A program made the translations under genes and the position numbers. Positions 18,930-28,181 of a DNA stretch of 64,000 bases are shown here, piece by piece; positions within the stretch are counted from its first letter, which is position 1, and each line of letters opens with the position of its first letter. Source of the stretch: Candidatus Heimdallarchaeota archaeon. GTDB lineage: Archaea; Asgardarchaeota; Heimdallarchaeia; Heimdallarchaeales; Heimdallarchaeaceae. The DNA is taken from the NCBI GenBank assembly GCA_016840095.1, contig JAEOSZ010000095.1, positions 46,060 through 110,059 on the forward strand. The letters run 5' to 3'. The notes below the pieces were generated by a model. That model did no database searches. It was given only the letters and a program-made list of their open reading frames with translations, and was not told the DNA's origin.

Positions 18930-19499
18930 TTGATGAGATTATCCTCCTCTATGTCACTTGTTGCATGCATTACAGGTTTCTTAAGTTTAGTAACACCTGT
19001 ATTCTTTGATACTGAAGGATATGCTCTCACATGGATAGATATTCAAGAATCACCTCCTTTATGGATATATGTTATTGTAACGTTTATAGTAGCTATGCAT
19101 GATATTAAGTGGTTTGACGGAATAAAATTCATCCGAAAATCTGATTTTAGAGCTTTTAGGCTTGTTTTGATTTTCATTGCTATTCTAATGGCTTTCGCAA
19201 TGGAACTAGCGGTAAATGTCAGGCTGACACCTTACATCTTCTGGGAACAAAGTCTCTTCTTCAGACTACCATATAGGTCTACAGTTATGCTCCAATACGA
19301 TGTTTTGTATTATAGTTTTCAAAAAGCAATTGTAGAAACAGTAATTTTTCGAGCCAGTATTGGATATCATTTAATCCGTCTCTGTAGATTGGTTTTAATA
19401 TTTACATTCCTCTTCACAATATTTGAGAAAAGTCCAAGGAAAACTAGGATTGCGATAGATGAAGTCTATCAAAATTATCTAGAAAAATCTCAGCCTTGA
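18930..19499 (+). CDS. Hypothetical membrane protein
   Basis: About 4 hydrophobic segments. Confidence 0.65.
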   Translation: MMRLSSSMSLVACITGFLSLVTPVFFDTEGYALTWIDIQESPPLWIYVIVTFIVAMHDIKWFDGIKFIRKSDFRAFRLVLIFIAILMAFAMELAVNVRLTPYIFWEQSLFFRLPYRSTVMLQYDVLYYSFQKAIVETVIFRASIGYHLIRLCRLVLIFTFLFTIFEKSPRKTRIAIDEVYQNYLEKSQP

Positions 19500-19552
19500 T
19501 ACAAATAGTTTTTAATTTCAGTTTCTAAACAGATAAGTAAGCAAGAAGCGGT

Positions 19553-20617
19553 TTGATGTTAATGTCTTCTCCTCTATTCGTACCATATATTGCATTATTA
19601 GTTCTTGACGAGAATGGAATGACACTTAGGAGTACAATTCCAATTCCTGATATTTCAAAAGAAGAGATTATAGGTATAGGAAACTTCTATAGCCCTGTTG
19701 TATCCGCTTCTTCACCCCATCTAGAGATATATGGTCCTTTACCAATTCCTCATTACGAGAAATACCATTTGCTAATTGTAACTTTTAGAAAGAAAGATTC
19801 TATGGTTCAAGATCCAAGAACAAAGGATCAGAATATTCAGTCCTTTTGCCAGCTACTTATTTTCTATCGAAAAGAATGCGATGAAAAAGTTAAATTTGGT
19901 CATTCACAAATATTTACAACGGTTGATATTTTTCTTCAAGAATTTCAGGATATAGCAGATGTTAGAGATGAAGAACTTCTCAAACTAAGTGAGATGCTAA
20001 TTGAAAATGTTATTCTTGATGACCAGATCAAATCCAAAAGCATTGAAGATATAGTTAGGGATATAGCTTCAAGATTTAATACTATACAACAAATATCTAA
20101 CCTCCTCAACCGAAGAACGAAAATAGGTATTATATCTTCAGATACTCTATCATATAATCTTATCATCCAATCTCTTTTCCATTTTCAGAATATTGATTTT
20201 ATCTACCAACTGGATAGAAACGAATTCATAACTCGAATAGATACATACTTCATGAGGATAGTCTTAACTCTCCTTTTTGATCTAGAGATGATCGAAGGAA
20301 TAGACTACTTCAGAGAAATTGATTATTATGTATATCTGGCTTCTTGTGAAGAAGAGGGAAGTTGCCAAAAACATATAGACAATATCGATAGTCTGTTTAA
20401 ACTAGACAAAAATGCAAAAATCTTCTTCGTTACAACTGAGAGAGCTGAGCAATTATCTTTAGAAAAAAAGAAATTCCTATTTCAAGAAACAGAAGACAGA
20501 AAGAATCTCAAACTAATGATTTCAGTAGGAGATGTTTTTAGAACTCTAGATAATGCTATTTATCTAATATTGAATGATATATTAGAGTTAAGAAAAATTA
20601 TTCTCAGTCAAAATTAA
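19553..20617 (+). CDS. Longin/uDENN-like N-terminus plus degenerate GTPase-like C-terminus
   Basis: IALLVLDENG...YGPLPIP...QDPR; C-terminal TKIGIIS...IDYYVYLAS...IFFVTT. Confidence 0.4.
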   Translation: MMLMSSPLFVPYIALLVLDENGMTLRSTIPIPDISKEEIIGIGNFYSPVVSASSPHLEIYGPLPIPHYEKYHLLIVTFRKKDSMVQDPRTKDQNIQSFCQLLIFYRKECDEKVKFGHSQIFTTVDIFLQEFQDIADVRDEELLKLSEMLIENVILDDQIKSKSIEDIVRDIASRFNTIQQISNLLNRRTKIGIISSDTLSYNLIIQSLFHFQNIDFIYQLDRNEFITRIDTYFMRIVLTLLFDLEMIEGIDYFREIDYYVYLASCEEEGSCQKHIDNIDSLFKLDKNAKIFFVTTERAEQLSLEKKKFLFQETEDRKNLKLMISVGDVFRTLDNAIYLILNDILELRKIILSQN

Positions 20618-20694
20618 GTAATTAGAGGTATGTCCAAAATACAATACATGTTAGTTTTCTAATAACATTTTTATTTGATAACGTTATATCTCAA

Positions 20695-22626
20695 ATGGTA
20701 AATATGGTAGTATTTGAAGTAAATGAAGTTACACTCTATAAAATGGGTGTAGGGTGGCTCTCATCACGAGCTACTTGCGATGCGAAAGAGGTTCTCTTTC
20801 CAGTATTAGTTAAAAATCAAGATGACTTCCTAAAAACCTTTCATGTAGAAATAGAAGGAGAAGCAATGCTTTCATCAATTGCATTTGATACAGATAGTAG
20901 TAAAGGAATAGAAATTGATCAAGATGGAAATGCTCTTGCATCAATACTAAATTTGTTGTCTGGTTCAAAAGTAAAAATTGGTGAATTGGAAGGAAAATTG
21001 GTTGGTTATCAATATGTTGAATCTGAGAATGGCAAGGAAAATATGATTGTTCTTCTAATGACAGGTGATTTAGGGATACATCCGATTCCTGCTGATACTA
21101 TTAAATATATACTTCCTATTGAAGAATATTTCATCAAGAATCTGGGTGACCAGATTGATTTGCTTTCAAAGAGTAAAAAGGAGAATGTAAAAAATATTAA
21201 AATCTCTTTCACTGAAGAAGGTAAAAATGTTGTAAATGTTTCATATTTAACTGAGCTACCTGCTTGGTTATCTTCATATCGAATTTATGCTATTGATGAG
21301 AAAAATGTTATGTTTGAATTATGGAGTTTGGTTACAAATAATTCTCAACAAGATTGGATTGATGCAAAAATCCATCTTATTACTGGATTGCCAATTTCCT
21401 TTAGATATGATGTTAGCTCTCCATGGTTAATTGATCGTCCGTATATAGAACGTCCAAAACAAACTGGAATAAGTGTAATGACACCAGAAACAAGCTATGA
21501 GATGCGTGATGAAAGACCAGCTCCTGCACCTGCTGCTGCTCCAAAGAGAGGATTAGCACGCATGAAAAAATCTATGGCTGAAGGAGTTGGTTTTGCTGCA
21601 GATGAAGATATGGATGATCTCTATGAATATGAACCAAGTGCAGAAGAAGCAGCTGAAATTGTAGATACAACTGAAAGTGTTTCATTTAGTCTTAAGCAGC
21701 TAGTCACAATCAAGAAAGGTGAATCAGCTTTTTTGTTACTCCATTCAAAGCAATTACCTAAAGAAACAATAAACATCTATAATAAGTTTCAACATGTAAC
21801 TCATCCCTTCAAAGCAATAGAAGTTGAGAACTTGACAGGTTATGGGTGGGAAGCAGGTCCTGTTACCATATATGAAAAGGGAAATTATGCAGGAGAGGCA
21901 ATGTTAGATAAAGTACCCAAGGAAGAAAAACAGATTATCCCATATTTAGTTGAGCAAGATATCTCAATTAAGCAAATTGAAAATTCAACAACTAAGAAGG
22001 TAGGAATTTCTTTATCTGATCATTATTATGTGGAAACCTATCTAAATGAAACAATCTATGAGTTAGAAATTGATAATAAAGGCGACGAAGAGAAAACAAT
22101 CATCTGTGAAGTTCCTAAGTTATACGGTTACAAAATAGATAAGAAGAAGTTCAAACTTGAAACTAAAGAAACTGCAAATTACTTCCGTTCTAAGATTGTT
22201 GTAGATGCTAAAACAACTAAAAAGGTAAAAATACCAACTTTGCGTAAAACATCTGAAAGTGTCTCTATAGCATCTATTTCTGATGAGTATCTTGATGATT
22301 TACTAAAACTAGAAACAATAACTGAAAAACAAATTCAAGTGCTAAAGAAGATTAAACAAATGAGAAAGGATAAGAATCAAATCAATGAACAAATCAATTC
22401 AGAACAAGCTAATTTAGGTAGAATAGATCAAGAATATCAACGAATCACTCAATCAATAAATGTTCTCACTTCTGAAGGTGATGAAGGAAAAATGAGAGCG
22501 AAGTATGTTGAGAGAATGAATAATCTTTTTGAAACAATGGAGAAAAAACGTAAACTTGTAGAGGATTTGCAACACAAGTTAAGTACTGTTGATGATGAGA
22601 TATATGGGTTACTTGATAATCTATGA
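20695..22626 (+). CDS. DUF4139-domain protein
   Basis: VTLYKMGVG, SYLTELPAWLSSYRI, NNSQQDW, GPVTIY...YAGEA; C-terminal coiled coil. Confidence 0.8.
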   Translation: MVNMVVFEVNEVTLYKMGVGWLSSRATCDAKEVLFPVLVKNQDDFLKTFHVEIEGEAMLSSIAFDTDSSKGIEIDQDGNALASILNLLSGSKVKIGELEGKLVGYQYVESENGKENMIVLLMTGDLGIHPIPADTIKYILPIEEYFIKNLGDQIDLLSKSKKENVKNIKISFTEEGKNVVNVSYLTELPAWLSSYRIYAIDEKNVMFELWSLVTNNSQQDWIDAKIHLITGLPISFRYDVSSPWLIDRPYIERPKQTGISVMTPETSYEMRDERPAPAPAAAPKRGLARMKKSMAEGVGFAADEDMDDLYEYEPSAEEAAEIVDTTESVSFSLKQLVTIKKGESAFLLLHSKQLPKETINIYNKFQHVTHPFKAIEVENLTGYGWEAGPVTIYEKGNYAGEAMLDKVPKEEKQIIPYLVEQDISIKQIENSTTKKVGISLSDHYYVETYLNETIYELEIDNKGDEEKTIICEVPKLYGYKIDKKKFKLETKETANYFRSKIVVDAKTTKKVKIPTLRKTSESVSIASISDEYLDDLLKLETITEKQIQVLKKIKQMRKDKNQINEQINSEQANLGRIDQEYQRITQSINVLTSEGDEGKMRAKYVERMNNLFETMEKKRKLVEDLQHKLSTVDDEIYGLLDNL

Positions 22627-22630
22627 TATA

Positions 22631-22770
22631 GTTTTGTGTAATTGTGTATTTACGCACAACTTTTATTAGAGGTCATCGTAAAGGAACATTGGGATGTTCG
22701 ATACTCACTCTTAAGGGGTACATCACGTACCCTCCTACCCCGTTCACTGTACGATTAGGTACAGCTTTCG
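22631..22770 (-). ncRNA. Putative TnpB omegaRNA (reRNA) scaffold
   Basis: Overlaps the tnpB 3' end up to the element end; three 6-bp hairpins (22747-22764, 22716-22732, 22684-22699). Boundaries approximate. Confidence 0.55.
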
Positions 22771-23938
22771 GATCGCTTTTGACTAAAATATTGTACGCTG
22801 CATTGACATCAGCATTGATCAAGTACCCTTGAGCAGATCGGAACAACCCTCGCTTAATTCTTTTCCCTGCATAAGTAGGATGATGTTGGGGGAACTCATT
22901 GTCTAAGAAACTGCACTTGGAAGTATGATTCTCAGGAATAGTTTCCACCACTATACCTCGCTCTGCACCCTTGTATTTCAAGATGTGGATGATTTTCAAA
23001 AAAGGGATAGTAACGAACATCTGTGTGGTTTTCTTCCAGAAATGCATCCCTTGTTTCCACAAATCGTTGTAGCCTATCACCACTTCTTCCAGCCCTCGTT
23101 CTACCCATAATTCCACAAGGTAGTAGGTGAGCTTGTGGATAGCATCCTTAAGCTTCTTGCGCCACTTCTCACGAAGACAGTAGAAACTGGTTCCGTAACT
23201 CAATTTGATCTTGCTTCCTTTCAACTTTTGTTTCTGCTGTTGAACATACTGTTCTCTTAACTTTGTTTGTTTTTTCAAATAATATTGTGTTATGCTTTTG
23301 ATTCCTTTCCCGTGGTCCTTGACAACAATCGGTCTGTTTCCGAGGTTATCCACAAAGGTCACGAGATTGTGCAACCCTAAGTCTATCGCTCCTTTCCTTT
23401 TCCTGTTCTTCTTGAGGTCAGGGATGGTTTTCAAATAAACTAACTCTAGGGTATATCCCACTCGTCTAGGGATGATACGTACTTCCCTCAGCTTGGTTTT
23501 AACTGTCATTCGGGTCTTGTACGTGAAGTCTACTTTTTTCGGTAACACTAGCCATCCATTCTTGATCCTTGCTTGTTGATTGGAGAAGATAGCTATTATT
23601 TCCCCGTTCTTAGCTTTATATCCAGGAGAGCGAGGGGGAGCAAAGAACAAACTTGAATCCTTTCTCCATTCCTTTACTGCTTGAAAATAGCCTTTCCAGT
23701 TCCGAGTGAGGAGTTTGAGCGTGTGTTGGGCAGTATGGGCAGGAAGAACTTTGTAACATACTTCTTCTTTGAGGAGTTTGTTGAGATCGTAGTAGAACAG
23801 GACTTTGTTCTCATTCTTCAAGACTTCTTTCAGTAGATAGTTCGCGCGATTGTAAAGATTCTTAGTTTGATGACATACTCTACTAAGTTCCTTGTTCTTC
23901 CCCACTTCAATATGCTCTACTCTCAACACTTGAGGCAT
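22673..23938 (-). CDS. tnpB: RNA-guided endonuclease TnpB
   Basis: KNLYN, RuvC-I AIDLG, VVIGYNDLWKQ, PENHTSKC, RuvC-III NADVNAAYNI. Confidence 0.93.
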   Translation of the reverse strand: MPQVLRVEHIEVGKNKELSRVCHQTKNLYNRANYLLKEVLKNENKVLFYYDLNKLLKEEVCYKVLPAHTAQHTLKLLTRNWKGYFQAVKEWRKDSSLFFAPPRSPGYKAKNGEIIAIFSNQQARIKNGWLVLPKKVDFTYKTRMTVKTKLREVRIIPRRVGYTLELVYLKTIPDLKKNRKRKGAIDLGLHNLVTFVDNLGNRPIVVKDHGKGIKSITQYYLKKQTKLREQYVQQQKQKLKGSKIKLSYGTSFYCLREKWRKKLKDAIHKLTYYLVELWVERGLEEVVIGYNDLWKQGMHFWKKTTQMFVTIPFLKIIHILKYKGAERGIVVETIPENHTSKCSFLDNEFPQHHPTYAGKRIKRGLFRSAQGYLINADVNAAYNILVKSDPKAVPNRTVNGVGGYVMYPLRVSIEHPNVPLR

Positions 23939-24123
23939 TATCAGTTTAGCTATATTTTGCTATAAAAACTCCAGTAATATTTCCTCCCTCCTATACACTT
24001 AAGGGTAGTTTTTGTCTGTTTAAACTCCTATCCAACCTCTTCTTCCCCTCCATCCTTCCTGCCTTTGTTCACTTCCCCCACAATGTTAATTACACAACTA
24101 CACAAGAATCCCTTATAATTATT

Positions 24124-24855
24124 TTATACTCTTTTCTTCATCCATTTTTTTATTTCTTCAAAAAGTTGAAATCTTCCAGCATCTTTTGGAATAACATGAC
24201 CTCCCTTTTCTATTACTACAAGGGTTTTGTCAGTTGATTTTACCGCTTCCAGAATATTCTCTCCAAATTGAACAGGAATACTTGGATCATTTTTACTATT
24301 AACTACAAGTATAGGAACTTCTATTTCATGAATTGATTTTTTAACCGCTCTAAGAAGTTTGTAAACTTGTTTTATTGCTTTTATCGGATAATAACCATAG
24401 CTTTCATGAGTTGATAGAGCATCTAGATCTTCCCATCCTCTTTCTTCATTCTTATGATTTGGATAAATCAAACCTAGAAATGGGACTCCTATAATAAGAT
24501 ACATTCTCCAATCTGGAACTTTGTGAACTGCTGCTAATGGAATAATACCTGCTAAATCTCTATTTCTAGAACCTAGTAGTAAAGTAATAGCTCCTCCCAT
24601 ACTAAGACCACAAACATATACTCTCTCGAATTTCTCCTTTAGTATATCTAGTTCCGATTGGGCAAAATCTATCCATTCAGTCCATTTGGTTTTGCTTAAA
24701 TCATCAACTGATGTCTCATGCCCTGGAAGGGTAATATTCTTAAAAGAATAACCCTGTTCTCGTAAAAATTCAGCTAAGGGAACCATTTCATGATGGGCTC
24801 CTGTGAAACCATGTATTAGTAGGAAACAAATAGAAGATTCACTCATGTTGCACAA
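24124..24855 (-). CDS. Carboxylesterase (alpha/beta hydrolase)
   Basis: IHGFTG, LPGH, GLSMGG, catalytic D and H. Confidence 0.9.
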   Translation of the reverse strand: MCNMSESSICFLLIHGFTGAHHEMVPLAEFLREQGYSFKNITLPGHETSVDDLSKTKWTEWIDFAQSELDILKEKFERVYVCGLSMGGAITLLLGSRNRDLAGIIPLAAVHKVPDWRMYLIIGVPFLGLIYPNHKNEERGWEDLDALSTHESYGYYPIKAIKQVYKLLRAVKKSIHEIEVPILVVNSKNDPSIPVQFGENILEAVKSTDKTLVVIEKGGHVIPKDAGRFQLFEEIKKWMKKRV

Positions 24856-24947
24856 TTACAATAGAGGTTAATAAAAATTGTTCAAATTACTGGATAATTT
24901 AGTTTATTCGTAGAAAAACTCAAAAATAAAGAAACTAACTACCATTT

Positions 24948-25559
24948 GTGATAGACCCAATAACTTTCTGGACTTTAATAGGTATTATCTCTTTTGTTCT
25001 GTTTATATGGTCTATTATTACTATTTCACGTGGAATTAGGTATGAATTCCTGCAAGTAGTAGGTTTTATACTTCTAATACTTGCTCTAAGTTTAACAGGA
25101 ACTTATTCTTATATCTACGAAGTTGGTGATGAGGAAGCTATTTATCTATCTATGAGTTTAGCTTTTGCTTTTCTTTCATTATCTCTCATTCTCTTAGGAA
25201 CACTTTCAGCAAGAAGAAGATGGGTTCGTAGAAGAGGAACTGATAACCTAAATAGTTTTACAAATTTACTTGTCTTCGCTTATATTCGACATCCAATATC
25301 TTTAGGATTAATGTGCATTTCAATCTCAATGATACTCTATCTACATTCATTATTATCTAATATTTTAGCAGGTATTGCTTTGATAGTTTTCATGTTTGCA
25401 TCTCTAGAAAAAGACCACTTTTTCGAGGGACTATATGGTTATCCATACAAAGTATATTGTAAAGCTGTTCCTCGATTCAATATTATACATGGTTTTATCA
25501 AGGCGATGCTTTTCAGTAGAAAAACAAGTGCCGATGAGATTCAAAAACAGAAAGAATAG
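24948..25559 (+). CDS. Isoprenylcysteine carboxyl methyltransferase / PEMT-family membrane protein
   Basis: YIRHPISLG, EKD...YG..Y..Y...VPRF. Confidence 0.75.
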   Translation: MIDPITFWTLIGIISFVLFIWSIITISRGIRYEFLQVVGFILLILALSLTGTYSYIYEVGDEEAIYLSMSLAFAFLSLSLILLGTLSARRRWVRRRGTDNLNSFTNLLVFAYIRHPISLGLMCISISMILYLHSLLSNILAGIALIVFMFASLEKDHFFEGLYGYPYKVYCKAVPRFNIIHGFIKAMLFSRKTSADEIQKQKE

Positions 25560-25634
25560 AGTAATGATGATGCATTTTTTTGGGTAATTGAAAATATTTA
25601 ATAATTGAGCATATGTGTTTATCGCGGTGATTAA

Positions 25635-26306
25635 ATGTCGATAAAAGAATATGAAGAGACAGGAAAAATACCCTTAATAAATACTAAATTTCCAAAAATG
25701 GTTGTTGGAACAACCCATGGTATGAAAAAACTCCCTGGAGATTATGAAGGTAAATGGCTTATTCTATTCAGTCATCCTGCAGATTATACACCAGTATGTA
25801 CAACCGAGTTTGTTTCTTTTCAGAAGTACTATGATGAATTCAAGTCTATGAATGTAGAACTGTTGGGTTTGAGTATTGACCAAGTATTCAGTCATATAAA
25901 ATGGGTTGACTGGATTAAAGAAAATATGGCTGTTGAAATCAAATTCCCCATTATTGCAGATCATGGTGAAGTTGCTAAACAACTTGGAATGCTTCATGCA
26001 AAAGGTAGCAACACAGTTAGAGCTGTCTTCATAATAGATCCCAAATCAATTATTAGAGCAATTTTGTATTACCCTTCAGAACTAGGTAGGAATATGAAAG
26101 AAATCCTAAGAATGATTAAGGGATTGAAGGTTGCAACAAAGTATGATGTAGCTATACCTGCAAATTGGCCTGAAAATGAGCTCTTTGGAGATGATGTTAT
26201 AGTTCCCCCTGCAAAAGATGTTGAAACAGCTAAGGAAAGATTAGCAGATGACTCTATAACATGTCTTGATTGGTGGCTATGTCACAAGGAAAACCCAGAA
26301 AACTAA
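25635..26306 (+). CDS. Peroxiredoxin (archaeal AhpC/Prx6 type)
   Basis: [27 protein letters not shown]. Confidence 0.96.
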   Translation: MSIKEYEETGKIPLINTKFPKMVVGTTHGMKKLPGDYEGKWLILFSHPADYTPVCTTEFVSFQKYYDEFKSMNVELLGLSIDQVFSHIKWVDWIKENMAVEIKFPIIADHGEVAKQLGMLHAKGSNTVRAVFIIDPKSIIRAILYYPSELGRNMKEILRMIKGLKVATKYDVAIPANWPENELFGDDVIVPPAKDVETAKERLADDSITCLDWWLCHKENPEN

Positions 26307-26370
26307 TTTCTTTCTTTTTTTCTTCTTTTCTTCAAGAGAAACTCATATATTGAGATAACTAATTCTTACA

Positions 26371-27213
26371 TTGATGAGTGAAATAGAGTTTATACAAACA
26401 AATGAAAATCCACCAATAGAAGTAAGAATTGCTAAGTTTAGATCTCAAAATGAGGAATATAAATCTCGAGAAGTAATAATCATTCCTGGTTGGTTGAGTA
26501 CTATTGATGAGTTTACAGAGTTGGCTAAGAATCTTTCAAAATTTGGCAATATTTTTATCTATGAACCAAGAGGTTATGGGAAGTCAAAAACACCTCATAA
26601 AAAAGGTTATTTCACTCCAGATGCATATAATGAAGAACTTGCTAATGTGATCAGAATTCTTAATTTTAAAGAAAAAGAGTTCATCCTTTTTGGAAGCTGT
26701 TCAGGAGCTTCTCAAGCCTTTAGTTACTATATCAATGGAGAAGGTATGAAACCAGACTTAATTGCAGCTATTAGTCCTCAAGAGAAGTATAAGACACCTT
26801 TCTGGTTGCCATGGTTAAGCTGGTTACCTGGTTTTATTATGGGTTTCTTTCAAGGATTGATTCTCTTCTTCATGAATATTCTATTAAAATTTAAAAAACC
26901 TGAAGAAACTCAAAATGTAAGATGGGCTGCTAAGCAACTAAGAGAAAATGATGCTTGGTGTCTAAGACGGTATGTTTTCGAGTTTGTTATCAAGTACTCT
27001 ATTCAAGGAAGATTGAGTGAAATTGATGTACCCATGTTGATGTATGTAGCTGAAGAAGATTATTTCGTGGACCCTGAAGTTTCAAAGAAGTTCTTATCAA
27101 ATGAAAACTCAAAAATAGTTGAATTAAAATCAACCTTTCATAGGATTCAAATGGATAATGAAGAAATTATGGCAAAGAAATTTAATGAATTTCTTCTTAA
27201 ACTTGGAAGATAA
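26371..27213 (+). CDS. Alpha/beta fold hydrolase
   Basis: IIPGW, PRGYGKS, GSCSGA, IDVPML. Confidence 0.8.
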   Translation: MMSEIEFIQTNENPPIEVRIAKFRSQNEEYKSREVIIIPGWLSTIDEFTELAKNLSKFGNIFIYEPRGYGKSKTPHKKGYFTPDAYNEELANVIRILNFKEKEFILFGSCSGASQAFSYYINGEGMKPDLIAAISPQEKYKTPFWLPWLSWLPGFIMGFFQGLILFFMNILLKFKKPEETQNVRWAAKQLRENDAWCLRRYVFEFVIKYSIQGRLSEIDVPMLMYVAEEDYFVDPEVSKKFLSNENSKIVELKSTFHRIQMDNEEIMAKKFNEFLLKLGR

Positions 27214-27223
27214 TCATTTTATT

Positions 27224-28087
27224 TTAGTCCAAAGAAGGAAGTAAAGATACAATAATAGTCCCCATTCCAGTATTACTCCCAATAATTGGAGAGGCGAATG
27301 TTATGAATGATCTATCAATTTTCCTGTTCTTCTTCAAATTATCTAAAATATACTGAGCTCCTCTTAAATTATCTACATGAGAGATTACTAAGTTATATTT
27401 TATATCGGCTACAGTTCCTTTAATTGCTAATTTTAGTAGTTTTTTCACCATTCCTTTCTTGCTAAAAAATACTGGAACTGTTGACACTAACTTTCCTGGT
27501 CTTTCCATTTGAGCTATGGGTTTAACACCTATCATTTTAGTCAAAAAAAGAATGAATTTTGACTTTATTCTTCCAGATTTATAGATGTTATCCATTGTAT
27601 GAAAGCCCACGTTCAGATAATACTTAGGTATAAGATTTTCAATGATTTTAGTTATCTCTTCTACATTCTTCCCCTGTTTAGCAAGTTCTGAGACATAAAG
27701 AGTAATTAGACCTTGAACTCCAGAAGCTGATTCTGTATTTACTAATGTTACATTTTCCGAGTGCTTCTTCATTGCTACTCTATAAGCTGAATATGTTGAA
27801 CCACTAAGCTCTTTCGCAACAGAAATACAAAAAACATGGTCATAATCACCGCTTTCTAAACTTTCTTTGATTATATTCAGGAAATCTGATGCTTCTGGAT
27901 TTGCGGATGATGGAAAGAATTTAGAATCTCTCAAACGAAGATAAAAATCTTCGATTTCTATATCAACTCCAAGTTTCCAAGGTTTATCTTCAAACAGTAC
28001 AATATGGGGAACAAAGGAAATTTTATGTTTTTCCATAAGTTCACTAGGTAAATCTGCAGCAGAATCTGTAATAACTTTAATTTTCAA
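27224..28087 (-). CDS. DegV family fatty-acid-binding protein
   Basis: ITDSAADLP, SGRI, GVKPI, SPIIGSNTG. Confidence 0.92.
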   Translation of the reverse strand: MKIKVITDSAADLPSELMEKHKISFVPHIVLFEDKPWKLGVDIEIEDFYLRLRDSKFFPSSANPEASDFLNIIKESLESGDYDHVFCISVAKELSGSTYSAYRVAMKKHSENVTLVNTESASGVQGLITLYVSELAKQGKNVEEITKIIENLIPKYYLNVGFHTMDNIYKSGRIKSKFILFLTKMIGVKPIAQMERPGKLVSTVPVFFSKKGMVKKLLKLAIKGTVADIKYNLVISHVDNLRGAQYILDNLKKNRKIDRSFITFASPIIGSNTGMGTIIVSLLPSLD

Positions 28088-28181
28088 AGTATTCAGCTAA
28101 CAATTAAAACCTGGTGTAAAAAACCTTTTGTGGTAAACAAATTGAAAATTAAATAATTAGAATTCTGAAAACTTATAATGG

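Larger units (their letters stand above)
22631..24113 (-). mobile_element. Non-autonomous TnpB-only insertion element (IS200/IS605/IS607 superfamily)
   Basis: Visibly GC-richer than its flanks. 19-bp imperfect inverted repeats at 22634-22652 and 24087-24105. TATA on both sides (22627-22630, 24114-24117). No transposase. Confidence 0.75.

Noticed and set aside
24030-24080. Purine/pyrimidine-skewed tract in the TnpB leader as a tnpA remnant or G-quadruplex
   Set aside because: No transposase motif is recognisable and the G-runs are irregular.
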